Positions 1 to 11,386 of a DNA stretch of 64,000 bases are shown here, in pieces (the first letter of the stretch is position 1; every line of letters begins with the position of its first letter). The notes below the pieces were generated by a model, which saw nothing but the letters and a program-made list of their open reading frames with translations, was not told the origin of the DNA and made no database searches. The stretch is from the NCBI RefSeq assembly GCF_018350175.1, contig NC_058369.1:5520001-5584000 (forward strand), given 5' to 3'. The position numbers and the translations under genes are program-made. This DNA comes from Felis catus. Lineage: Eukaryota.

Positions 1-21
1 TGACCCGCCCGTTTACCTCAG

Positions 22-72
22 GTGCCGGCGGCAGCCCGCGAAGACCCCAGGGCGGCTCCGACGCACCCTCAG
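22..72 (+). CDS. ZNF414: Zinc finger protein 414, internal coding exon (GAGGSPRRPQGGSDAPS)
   Basis: cag acceptor at 19-21 and gt donor at 73. Phase 1-1 joins the next exon. Read-through gives ...SGACR* (TGA 84-86), matching my recollection of the short ZNF414 isoform end. Confidence 0.85.
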
Positions 73-524
73 GTGCGTGCAGGTGACCACCAGGGACGGG
101 TGGAGGGGAATTTCTGTCCTGCGCCCTGCCAGGCCCAGGGGATGCTGGGAGGCAGCGTTGCCCACCCCTTCCCAGGTGGCCACAACTGCTACCCACGAAA
201 TACAAGATTTTGCCTTAAAAATTACTGGCCCCCGAGCCTTCGTCTGCGCCGGCGTTTCCGTGTAAAACCCGCGCCCGGTTCACGAGTCCTTCCCCCTGCG
301 GTGGCTCCAAGGGGTAGGAGCGGGGGATTCGGATACAAGTTTAGTGTCCCCAGTTACGGAGGGGTGGGACGCGATCCGGGGAAGTGGATCGGCCAGACCA
401 AACCCGCCCGTGCGCGGGAGCCGATGGGGAGGCGGGGAAAGATCTGACCCGCACTCGTCCTCGTCCGCCATCCTTGGGGGTGGAAGGGTCTTCCGGGACT
501 GACGGGGGCCCCGCCTGCCCGCAG

Positions 525-698
525 GGCACGCGGCCCCGAGCCGCATCGTGTGGGAGCACACGCGCGGCCGCTACTCGTGCATGCAGTGCGCCTTCTCCAC
601 GGCCTCGCGGCCCGCCATGACACTGCACCTGGAGGACCACCGCCCCATCGCCCCCGCGGCCCCGGCGCCCGGGCAGCCGCGCCCCGACGCGCCGCCGG
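525..698 (+). CDS. ZNF414: ZNF414 penultimate coding exon (HAAPSRIVWEHTRGRYSCMQCAFSTASRPAMTLHLEDHRP...)
   Basis: gcag acceptor, G|gtaagg donor, 174 nt. Encodes a C-x2-C-x12-H-x3-H zinc finger. Confidence 0.9.
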
Positions 699-791
699 GT
701 AAGGCCGAGGAGCGCGCGGGTGGGGAGGGCGGGGGCCCCGAGGCGAGGGGCGGGGCCGAGGCTCAGGCGCCCCCTCCTCTGCCCCACCCAG

Positions 792-865
792 ACCCGGCCC
801 CGCTTGCACCCAAGGTGTCTCCGCTGCTGGCAGAGGGGGAGTGTCCGGTTTTCTCGCCGTTCTGA
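792..865 (+). CDS. ZNF414: ZNF414 terminal coding exon (DPAPLAPKVSPLLAEGECPVFSPF*)
   Basis: ccag acceptor ending at 791, phase-compatible, TGA at 863-865, AATAAA about 100 nt downstream. Confidence 0.88.
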
Positions 866-965
866 ATCCGGCCGCGGGCGGGGGGCGGGGGGAGGGGGGG
901 CTCAAGTGTGGGTGTGGGTAGTTTTGTCGTTTTCGCGGGGCCTAAGATGGAGAGGGTGGGGGGAC

Positions 966-971
966 AATAAA
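966..971 (+). terminator. ZNF414 polyadenylation signal AATAAA
   Basis: Canonical hexamer 100 nt after the stop, followed by GT-rich sequence. Confidence 0.75.
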
Positions 972-3900
972 GGAGACGCGATGAGCCAGCCTGTGCTGTG
1001 TCTGGGTCCCTTGCCCCTCCCAGTGCACAGTCTGGCAGCCCTGGGATGCTCATACCTTGGGAGGGGACAAGCTTCCCCTCATCCTCACCTTAACACCGGG
1101 ACCCGGGTCAGTGCTACCCTCTGTCCGGCAGCAGTTAGGACTGCCAGTGTCCTGTCTTGTCCCACCATTTCCAGAAACCAGATGGGATGGAAATCCCACG
1201 TTTATTTAAAAGTCCCAGGAATCAGCGGGGTAGGACAGGCTGGGAGGCAGGGCCTGGCCCAGCTGGAGCCACTCGCCAATCCTGAGGCTGGTGTGGACTC
1301 ACAGGTGACAGGGCCCCCAGGGCTGGGCACTCAGGCAGGCTAGGCTCAGGTTTTGTTTTGGTCACTGTCCTGGGGACCCTCCTCTTTGGCTCCCCGCTTT
1401 CACCTCTCCCCCTAGGCCAGCTCTGAAGAGGAAGGTGGGTCAGAGCCAGCCCCAGGGGGCCTGGCTCCTCCCTCTTCACCACCTCCCTTTCAGTCTTCCA
1501 ACCACAAGGATTTTCCCTTCCTTCCTGGGAAGTCAGTCCTGGGTCCGCGTTCAAACTCTGGGGCCACACTGTTGTCCCAGCCCTGTAGTCACCAAAACCC
1601 AGCGGGCCGAGCCTCCTGAACGTGAAAGCCTTCTGCGTTGTTGACAGCCACCCTTCAGAGGCTAGTTTTCCTTCCTGCGTCTTGCCTCCCTCCCGGCTCC
1701 ACGGCCCCCTAGCCCAGGCCTCAACCCTTTCCCTTCCTCAGGCGCCTGAAGCAACAACCCTCCTGCCCTCCCCACCCCCCCAACAATCTGATCACCTCTG
1801 GAAACGGGGGTTTCTTCTGATGCCCACCCGGTACCCTTCCGTGGCTCCCCGCGGCTCTCTGGATGGAGACCGTGTTCTCCTAACAGCCCACAAGGCCCAT
1901 CTTGGACCTCCCCATGCCCTCCCTCACCACCCTCCTCTTCCCCCTTATCCTCTCCTTCCGGGGAGCATAGCCCTTCCGTGAACAAGACTGCCCCAGCCTC
2001 CTTGCAGGCGAACAGCCCCAAACTCCAGAGAGGCTCTTCATCCTCTCCTGAAGGCAGGTGTGGGGGGTGGTCTGAGTGCTCTTAGGATCGGCCCACCTGC
2101 ACCCAGGGGCCCGCCTGCCCACCTACCTGCCTGCCTTTGTGTGTGGCCACCCGAGATCTCATGGAGGGCTTCAGGGCTGTGATGCCCTTAATGGGGTTGT
2201 AGCTGAGACTCAGCTGGCTTAGGCCAGGTGTCTGTCCACCAGCACCTCCAGGCCCAGGCTGAGGCAGGTATCGCCGAGCGCCAGCTGTGGGGCCAGGTGG
2301 GCCATCAGGGGACCCTGGGGCTCCAGGCCCCCTCAGAGCTCTCCTCTTCTCTGCCATGAGCCTTGGAACCAGGACTCTGATCCTGGAGAAGATTCAACCT
2401 CCCCACCTCTTTGTTAGTCCTTAAGATGGGTGTCGTGATGCTTGCTCACTCCCTGGAATCCTTGTGAAGATTCAGAGGGACCAGGTGAGGGGGGACACTA
2501 TGCAAATGTTTCTGAGTGATTCACATCCCTCTGCCCACCAAGCCCATGCGGCCAAACTGATTCCACAGATGGTCCCCCCTCCCCCAACCACAAAATGCCT
2601 GACAGCTGAGTCCTCGTGGGGCCCCGGCTCCGCCCAGCAGAGGGCGCCCAGGAGTGTCCATCTGAAGGGACAGGGAAAGACAACAAGCGCGTCCCTGCAG
2701 GCGTCCACTTGGCCTGGCTGCCCCCACTGCGGGGACAGGTTGGTAAGAGACTGCGGGTCACGTGGAAACACTGAGCCTCTGCAGGCGGCTTACGTCAGCC
2801 GTGAGGCCGGCCAGGTACCCGCCCACCGCCTGGCAGTTGTCGACCATGCTCCGTCACCAGACTGAGAGGGGAAATGGAGGCTCCTGGGCACGTGTCCCGG
2901 AGCCCTGCCTCTGACATGGATCCGAGCACCCCCATCCCGGGCCCCTGGCTCCTCCGAGCGCCCCGTGGCCCCAGGATGGGCTGCCCACGTGCTCAGTCCT
3001 CTTCCACTGCGTGCACTGGGACCACGTGCACGGCTCAGCCTGGCCTCCACCGCCGTGTCCATCCCCTACTCCACCCCCACCTCCGACCAGGGCAGCCAGG
3101 TGCACGGCTGAACGTGCCCACTCTGCCCCTGTCCCTGCCCCCCCACCCCCACCGTGTGCTCGGAACCGGTACCCTTCCCTAAACCAGGGTTCCAGACGCT
3201 GGTCCCAGCAGACACCTCCCCACCCCCACAACTCCCCAAGGCGGACTGAGGCCCGCGTGTTCACTTCGGGGGTTGGTCCCCGCAGCTCCGTTTGTGGACC
3301 CGCCTGTCCAAGTTCATGGCTTCGCTGTGCAGACCAGCCTGCGGCCACTGGAAAGGCTCCAAACACCAAGGGTAGTTGGGGGAATGCCCATAAGGGGGGC
3401 TGTGGGAAAATAGGGCTCTCCAGGGTGGAGCCCTCCCAACTGCAAAATCCAGAGTCCCCACGGAGTGGCTGGCCCTGGAGCCTGGGGAGTCACCAGATTG
3501 TCACCAGTGCCTAGTCCTTTGGCTTTGCCCTGGATTGGGCACCTACTGTGTGTTTCTGGCCAATAATCGCTTTTTCTTTCATTCGTTTCCCTCTCTCACC
3601 AAACACTGGGAGTGTCGGTCACCCGGAGACCCAGGGAGGACCCACATCTCATCACCCCTGATCCCCCAGGACTCCTGAGGGGACCCACATTCTGGGAATG
3701 TGACCTAGGGTGCATGTCTGCCCGTGCAGTGGTGAGGATGGGCGGGCACAGAGGTTCCAGAATCCTCAAGCTGTGCATCTTAGGCGCGAACGAGTCATTT
3801 CCGACCATGCGGCCGGTGGCCTCCACGGCAGGGCGGCCACTGAACGGCTCCAGCTGGGAATGCAGCCCCCTCAAGACAAACCTCCCGTGTCCTCCTACAC

Positions 3901-4439
3901 CCTCGCTACTCTGGGACATCACCTAGGGTATCTAGGAATCTGAGGCTCCACCACAGACCTGGGGCAGAACCTGCACTTTAATGGGGTCTCAGGGTGACCC
4001 GTGGGCACATTAGAATCCCCCTCGGAGTGTTTAAGAAACCCCCAGGCGCAGGCCAATTAAGTCAGAATCTCCAGGAGCTTCCTTCCATCTTTCTGTAAAA
4101 GCCATTCCCGTGTATTGCCAAACACAATCAGGGCTCTGCACTCTCCCAGGAGGGATCTTCTCCCCTGGTCTGCGCGCCTGACCCTAACAAGCGCTGGCTT
4201 TGCCCCTCCCTTCACCCCCTCTTCACTGGTCTCCCCGCTGTCTCCATTTTCTTCCCACCCTCTTCTGGACACCTAGGGTGTCCTCAGACTCCCTCCCTCC
4301 CCAGCAGGCAAGGCCCTATGTACTAGCCACCCGCCCCCCCCCCCCATCTGCCATCTGGGCTGGGCCCCCTGTCCACCACGGTGTCCGTGGCCCATGTGAC
4401 AGACAGCTGCCCCCACAATAGGGAAGTCCTGCTCAGAGC

Positions 4440-4915
4440 TGAGAATCCGTGGGGAAGTGTGGAAATGAGGCAGGCGGATGAGGCAACAAGAGCCGGCAGA
4501 AGGACCTCCCTCATCACGCTCCCCCAACTCCTTGGTCTCCCGGCCCAGAGCTGACCATGCCCCTTACCCACAGAGAACTCGCCCTCCCGAGGAGTCCTCC
4601 CTGGAGACCAGAAGTCAGCCAGCCCCCAGAACTAGAGAGTCCAGAAACTAGTGACCGTGTGGGGCATGTGCTGACGGCCGATGCCCAAAGCCACGGAGAG
4701 ACAGCAGCAGGCGGGACGGGAACTCAAATGCCAGGCAGGATCTGGGGGCAGGCAGAGGCTGTCTCCGCCTCCTTTCCTTCCTCCTCTGTCCTCCCCACCC
4801 CGCCATCAGCCCCCACCCCCGTGGGGCCCGTGGAGCAGAAGCCACAGTCACTTCCTGAAGGCAGCGGCCCAGCTCAGGTCCCACTCGCCCTGTGGCCCAT
4901 CACCCGCCTGTAGCC
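4440..4915 (+). promoter_or_regulatory. PRAM1 proximal promoter/5'UTR with ETS/PU.1-type motifs
   Basis: GGGGAAGTG at about 4451 and CACTTCCTG at about 4849-4857, just upstream of exon 1. This fits the myeloid expression of PRAM1. Confidence 0.45.
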
Positions 4916-4918
4916 ATG
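4916..4918 (+). CDS. PRAM1: PRAM1 exon 1 coding part (initiator ATG only)
   Basis: GCC ATG|gtgagt gives a good Kozak -3 base and a strong donor. The upstream frame reads (GTG)AHHPPVAM, resembling human MAHHLPAAM. Confidence 0.8.
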
Positions 4919-6117
4919 GTGAGTGAACCCCCAACCCTAGGAGAGCCCCACCCCCCCGCCGTCACTGGCCACAGGCAAGGGGTGCTGTGGTTGGAGACTG
5001 GAGGGCATATTCCAAGAGGTGAGTGGTAGAGGGGCTAGGAAAGCCACCCAGGTAAACAGCAATGACCACCGCAGAGGCCCAGAGGCGGGAAGCAGCCGGG
5101 ACTCACTGCTGGGACAGCCGGGGCTCCGAGGGGCCTATGGCCCAGGCTGAGGTCTCGACTTTAACAGGAGGAACAGGTCAGCATGAAAAGCAGCCTGGCA
5201 ACAGGAGACCAGCGTGAACACAGGGGCTTCCTACGGGTGACAAAGTGGGTCACGTACCCACTGCCCACCCTGCACCCCAGCAGTCACCCAAGTTATGACC
5301 CGCTGATCCTGATTTCTCTGGTCCTGTGGGTCACCCAGGGAATCCTTGGCCCCACCCTCCCGGAGGGGGGCTTTAATAGAGGTACTTCAGGTCCCGGGCG
5401 GGAGTCACTACCTTTCCTCGTTCTCGGGATAGGGAAAGTGAGGCACAGACAAGAGAGCAAAGTCCACAGGGTTCTGCCCTGCCCCCACCCCCACTCCCCA
5501 ATCTCCTAGGCCCCAGGGTGAAGCCAGGATTGGGGGCCTGCAGCAGGGCCACGTCTGGTCAGAGCCGGCCTGGCCTGTCCGCCTGTGTCTGTGACAGAGG
5601 GTACAGGGCCGGTCAGACTAGGTGTGCCAAGGTGCACGTGCCTGTGCTGCCGCTTGGGCCTGCCTGCCCGGTCAACTGTGAGTGCCCTGACCGTCAGCAA
5701 AGGGTGTGTGGGACCGTGACCCTCAGCCCACAACTGCCACCGGGCCTCTGTGTCTCTGTGTGTCTTTCTTCACGAGGCTTGTGACAGACTGGACGTGGCT
5801 GAGTATACGCCTTTGTGTATATTTATTTCTGCTGAGCCCCCACAGTGTGCCAGGCACTGGAAGGAGAGCAACGAATGAGCCAAGTCCCCACCTGCCACGG
5901 GGTCTGGGGAGGGTAGAGCGAACAAAAAAACAGAACAGTCAGGGCACGTTTATGAAACAGTGGCAAATAAACTCTGTGATACTTTGCAGCAAGTACTAAA
6001 AGTAAAACGCAGGTCAGGGGGATGGGGAGGACTGGGAGGGGAAGGGGGGAATCGATTTTTTTTTAATATGGGTGGTCTAGGAGGAAGGCCTCTCTAAGAA
6101 GGAAATATCAGAGATGT

Positions 6118-6270
6118 GGTGCCCGGGTGGCTCAGTCGGCTGAGCATCCAACCTCGTCTGGTTTGCGCGTTTGAGCCGCGCGTCGGGCTCTCTGCTGTCG
6201 GCACACAGCCTGCTTCAGATCCTCTGTCCCACTCTCTCTCTCTGCCTTTCTCTCTCAAAAATAAACATTT
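6118..6270 (+). mobile_element. Can-SINE, internally deleted
   Basis: ggtgcccgggtggctcagtcgg head, CT tract, aaaataaa tail. Confidence 0.75.
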
Positions 6271-6991
6271 TTTAAAGAAAGAAGAGAAATTATCACGAGC
6301 AGAGACCTGGAGGTGGAAGAGGCGAGAAGCAGGCCATGGGGAGAAGTGTCACGGGCAAGGGGGCAGGACAAAGGCCCAAGACACTGGGGGACGGGAGGGG
6401 GGAGGGCGAGGGGGACGAGGAGGTGGCCAGGCGAGGAAGGATCCAGGTAGGGGAGGCCAATGGACGGTTCAGGGCCTTCATGAGGTCTTTGGCTTTTACC
6501 ATGGGGAAATAAAGGAACATTGCTGGATTCTGAGCAGAGGGGATTCCTCTGGTTGCTGTGGGGGCAGGGCCTGGCCAGAGATGAGACTGGGGGGCGGTGG
6601 GGGGGGGTGGGCAGGAGACCCAGGAGGAGGGCCTGGGTTCCTCCAGCCCGCATGACAGTGGTACAGGCAGTGACAGGTGGCTGCATTCTGGATGTATTCT
6701 GAAATCAAAACAGAAGTTACTAGGAACGGGGTATCTCAAGGACACCTGCAAGGCACCACCAACTGAGGGGGGGCTGGGGGGAGCAGCAGGCTGTGGGGGA
6801 GCAGCAGGAGCCTGGGTCCTGATGGGGGTGAGCCTGGGGGCACATATGCAGTGCCTAAGGGGTCAGGGCTCCGGGGAGCCTGGAGACAAATGTGGGAGTC
6901 CTCAGCCAACACTGGAGAGAGCCAAGGACACAGTCACGGGAAGAGAAGTCGGCAGAGAGTCCCTGCCTGACTCTGGCTCCATGTTCCTTAG

Positions 6992-8486
6992 GGGAGCCAT
7001 CAGGACTTCCGGAGCCTTCAAGCAAAGTTCCAGGCCTCTCAGCTCGAGACCAGTGAACTCCCCAAAAAACCGCTGAAGCCTGAGTTCCACAAACCCCTAA
7101 AGAAGCTTCCAACAGCTGAGCTAAGCGAGCACCCCAAAAAGCCCCCGCAGCCCGAGTTCAATGCAGTGCCCAGGAGGCCTTCGCAGCCCAGTTTCGCCGA
7201 TCTGCCCAGGAAGCCCTCCAAACCCGAGTTCAGTGAACCCTCCAAGAAGTTCCCGCAGCTCGGGGCCCCTCAAAAGGCCTTGCCCCCTCCAGAGCCCAAA
7301 TCCAGCGCCTTCCCCAAAAAGCTACAGCAGCCTGAGCCCAACGAGGCCACCCCAGACCCCTCACAGCCCAACTTCAGTACCCTCCCCAAGAAGCCCCCGC
7401 AGCCTCAGGTCGGTGAGCTCCTTAAGAAGGGCCTGCCGCAGCCTGAGTCCAGTGAGGTCCCTCAGACACCCCCCTGGAAGGTGGAGACTGGTGAGCCCCA
7501 CCCCCACCCCTCAAAGCCTGACTTCAGTACCCTCCCGAAGAAGCCCCCACAGCCTGAGTTCGGTGGGCACCCCAGAAAGCCCCCGCAGCCTCAGGTCGGT
7601 GAGCTCCCTAAGAAGTGCCTGCCGCAGCCTGAGTTCAGTGAGGTCCCTCAGACACCCCCTTGGAAGGTGGAGACTAGTGAGCCCCACCCCCACCCCTCAA
7701 AGCCTGACTTCAGTACCCTCCCCAAGAAGCCCCCACAGCCTGAGTTCGGTGGGCACCCCAGAAAGCCCCCGCAGCCTCAGGTCGGTGAGCTCCCTAAGAA
7801 GTGCCTGCCGCAGCCTGAGTTCAGTGAGGTCCCTCAGACACCCCCCTGGAAGGCTCAGTCCAGTGAGCTCCACCCCCACCCATCACAGCCTGACTTCAGT
7901 ACATTTCCCAAGAAGATCCCAGCCCCTCAGCTGAGTGACCTCCCCAAGAAGCTCCTGCACCCTGATTTTGGAGACCTCACCAGGAGGTCCTCAGAGCCGG
8001 AAGTCAGTGTGGTTCCCAAGAGGCCACGGCAGTCCGAATTCAAAGCACCTTCCAAGAAGCCCCTGCAGCCTGAGCCGGGGGGCCTCCCCAGGGTGGCCTC
8101 AGAGCCTGAGTTTGGCCTACTCCCCAGCAAGTTCCTGCAGCCTGAGTGCCAGGGGCCCCCCCGCAAGTTCTCACAGCCCGAGCCCAGTGCTCTGCCCAAG
8201 AAGCGCCCGCATGCCGAGTTCTTTGGTGATCTTCCCAGAAAGCCCCCTCTCCCTGGCTCTGTTTCGGAGAGCTCGCTCCCCACTGCTGTCGCGGGCCCCG
8301 GCCCCAGGCTCCCACTCAGTCTCACTCACAGTGGACGTTCGAGGCTGGGCCTCAAACAGGGCCACCCGCCCCGGCGGAGGCCTCTGCCCCCTGCCAGCAG
8401 CCTGGGACCCCCTCCAGCCAAGCCCCCGCTGCCCCCAGGCCCCAGGGACGTTCAGAGCTTCCGGAGAGCCGCAGCTGCAGCCACAG
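6992..8486 (+). CDS. PRAM1: PML-RARA-regulated adaptor molecule 1, exon 2 (proline-rich KKPPQPE repeats)
   Basis: ttag acceptor, then GSHQDFRSLQAKFQASQ..., in frame with ORF 7166..8671. Donor CAG|gtgggt. 1495 nt. Confidence 0.93.
7391..7915 (+). repeat. Coding tandem repeat, 186-bp (62-aa) unit, about 2.8 copies
   Basis: aagcccccgcagcctcaggtcggtgagctcc recurs at 7391, 7577 and 7763. Confidence 0.93.
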
Positions 8487-8600
8487 GTGGGTCCACAGGT
8501 GGGTCCACGGGTGGGTCGCGGCAGCCCAGGCAGAAAGCCGGGGAGAGGCTCCCGCCAGGGCCCGCCTCCCTCCCTCCCTCCCGCTCTCCTCCCCCCACAG

Positions 8601-8667
8601 CTCTGAGGAGGGCTCGTTCTGCTGCTGCCATCCACTTCCAGGAGCAACAGACGAAAGACATCCCGCA
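8601..8667 (+). CDS. PRAM1: PRAM1 exon 3
   Basis: Pyrimidine tract plus cag, CA|gtgagt donor, phase 1-2. Confidence 0.85.
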
Positions 8668-8741
8668 GTGAGTGTGGGGGGCAAGCGGCCCCGGCACAGG
8701 CCCGAGGCCGCAAGAGGCCCTCATCTCAGGTATCTCTGCAG

Positions 8742-8818
8742 GGACCAGGATGAGATCTACGAGCTGTATGACGACGTGGGGCCCACGGACCACTCCGGCC
8801 CCAGCGGCGAGGGCAGAG
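8742..8818 (+). CDS. PRAM1: PRAM1 exon 4 (DQDEIYELYDDV, SH2-docking tyrosine motif)
   Basis: tgcag acceptor, AG|gtttgt donor. YDDV motif is typical of the ADAP/PRAM1 family. Confidence 0.9.
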
Positions 8819-10819
8819 GTTTGTGGGTGGTGGGGCCGAGCCCTCAGCCAGACCCTCCGCCCAGGCACCTGGGGACCATCCATCGCCAGGGCATAGTCTG
8901 CCGCGCTGCTGGCGTGAAGCCAAGTGACCACCCGTCTCCCCGGCAACACTGAGGGAGAAAGCAGAGAGCAGGAAAGGCCCTCCGGAAAGGTCGGACCAGC
9001 CTCTGGTGGGCGGAGCAGCCAGTGGGTATGGTGTGGCCAGGAGTGCGGCCCGGGGCGGTGGCAGAAGGGGCCAAAGAGCCGCGAACAAGGACTTGGTGGT
9101 GTGTGAGCCACCAGGCGGGTGAGAGCGAGCCCACGACGCGGATGAGCCCAACGCCTGGGTGCAGAGCCAAGGCACCCTGAGCTGGGGACAAGGGGTCAGG
9201 TTCCACACAGACCTGTTGTGTCGGAGGTGCTTGCGGGACTCGGGCCTGAACTCGGGCTCGGGCTGGAGACGGAGACCCCTGAGCCTGTGGTCCTCGATAC
9301 TCTGTGCTCCGGGGTCCCAAAAGTCCCCTTTTCTCCCTTCTCCCAAGTCTCTGCTCCGAGAGAGCAGGAGGACGGTGGAGGCGACCCAACGTGTCCAGTC
9401 CACTGCAGGGTCAATGCCTTCACCAATTTCGAGTGGGGGGAAAAAAAGCGGCTTCCGTGCAGGCACTCTACGTGCATGTCACTGACCCTGCACGACCTCC
9501 CACCCACCCCCAAGGCCACATCATGCCCGTTTTACAGATGTGGAAGCCTGACCCAAGTAACCTGCCCCAGCTCATTGTCAGTACGCAGGAGCCCAGGTCC
9601 TGTGGTCCCGGTTCCCCCGCCCCACCTTTGGAAGGGCTTCCTACAGGGCAACTTTGTATTGGGGGTGCCTTTGGGATGCGCCCGCTTCCTCCCCACCAGC
9701 CCCCCGCACCAGGTCTGCTGCCTGCACTCCTCCTTCCCGAGCCCCTCCTGCTTCTCCTGGGCTTTCCTCAGGGGCTGCTTGCAACACCCCTCTGTTAGCA
9801 GAGCTTCCTGGCAGGGCCCCTCCCGCTTCCGCTCCAGTGAGCCTCCCGTGGCTGGGGTTTGGGGGCCGCTCTTCGGGACAGGGACATGGGGAGAGAGGGG
9901 GTGACTCTGGTAACTGTCCAGCAGCCTTGCAGGCATGGCCCGCCCCCGTCCCCAGCCCCAAACCGGCCAGGCACATCCCCACCTCTGCTCACCATCCCTG
10001 CCAGTGGACAACTGTCTCTCCCCATTCCGGGTCAGTCGTTCTTTGCGATTCCAAATACACTTCCCAAATCTTTCCCTTCTCAGAAACCGTCGGGGGGGGC
10101 GGGGGGGGGGGATGACGACTCACTGTTAGTACCGATTGTTCCAAAGGCTACTTGGCCTTTCCAAGTCTAGCCTCCCACTCTGCCTCATTCTGGAGCGGTG
10201 GCGGCCCTCCTCCAGAGGTTCCTCGCACAGCAGGGGGCTTCCCTGGAAGGCGCTGGGGCCAGACCTAGGTGGTCCCAGGACCTGAAGGGGCCATCCTCAG
10301 AGCCCGCCTTACTTGTGTGGCCTGATTTGGGTCCCACTGCCAGGGAGCTTGGGCTACAGGTGTGCCAGGGGGGTAGGGGCCCCGGAGTGCCTCCGGGAGG
10401 AGTGGGAGCAGCGGGAGGGAGTGTCCTGGGTAAGACTATGGATGGCACCATCCGAGCACCAGGCCAAGGAGGCTGGAGTCTGAAGTGAAAAGGCGGGGGC
10501 TTCAGGTTCTGGATCCTTCACTCAACTGGTACTCACGAGGCTCTCGCTATCAGCCAAACCCTCAGTCAGCAGGCTCCTGCCTGGAAGGCTGGTAGTTTGC
10601 CAGGAAGTCAACCCTGACCTGGGAGACTCACAGTACAGTCTCAGCAGCAGCAGGCCAGTCCAAGAACCCCACCCCACCAGCCCCTTCGCAGATGCCCACT
10701 TCATTTGCTCAAGGATATGCTTTCACCTTATGTTTGACCCAAATCCCGTGACAATTCCCAGAAGCCAGCCTACCCTAGGAGACAGACATGAAATAGCCTC
10801 AAAAGCCCACAGACAAATC

Positions 10820-11010
10820 CTCCCTCTACCATTTACCAGCTGGATGACCCGGGAGCAGACTGCTTTACCCCTCTCTGAGCCCTGATTTCCCTCCTCAGCA
10901 AGCTGGGAATGACTGTATTGCCCGCTACGAGGAAGGTTGTCATGAGGGTTGGAAGGAGTTACCGTGGTGAACGATTTCAGCCTTGCCGATCATGCAGTAA
11001 CAGTTACGAA
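10820..11010 (+). mobile_element. MIR, degenerate
   Basis: ctctctgagccctgatttccctc core-like segment. Confidence 0.55.
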
Positions 11011-11215
11011 AATGAAAGGCAATGCACTAGAACTCACAACCCAGGAAAAAGGCCTGGGAAGAAGATGGGCCCGTGGGCAGGGGGAGGGTTGGGAGGGGAC
11101 TGACGTCCTGAGAACTGACACAGGGAAGGCTCCGTTCCCAATCAAGCCACCAGGGTTGAAAGGGAGGCCTAGCCCAAGAGTCCCTGCCCTAACTCAGTGT
11201 CCTCCCCGCTCCCAG

Positions 11216-11270
11216 ATGGGGTGCCATCTACCCAGCAACCCCCCAGGCCGCCACAAGACCCAGAGCTCAG
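11216..11270 (+). CDS. PRAM1: PRAM1 exon 5 (DGVPSTQQPPRPPQDPELR)
   Basis: cccag acceptor, AG|gtacca donor, phase 1-2. Confidence 0.85.
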
Positions 11271-11386
11271 GTACCACACGGCAAAGGGTGTGTGTAGAAC
11301 GGGGTGGGGCCGAGGTCTGGGAGGTCAGGAAGGGGACGGGGGTGGGGTGGGGGGCACATCTTGCTCAGGACCCTCCAATTCCTCAG

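Larger units (their letters stand above)
1..900. promoter_or_regulatory. CpG island over ZNF414 3' exons
   Basis: Very high GC and CpG density by inspection. Confidence 0.7.

Noticed and set aside
7391..7915. CRISPR-like periodicity
   Set aside because: Contiguous in-frame coding repeats with no unique spacers, in a mammalian gene.
7161..8713. Overlapping alternative-frame and antisense ORFs over PRAM1 exon 2
   Set aside because: By-products of GC-rich repetitive coding sequence.
8726..10488. Many long ORFs in PRAM1 intron 4
   Set aside because: GC-rich intron with no recognisable domain or consistent exon structure.
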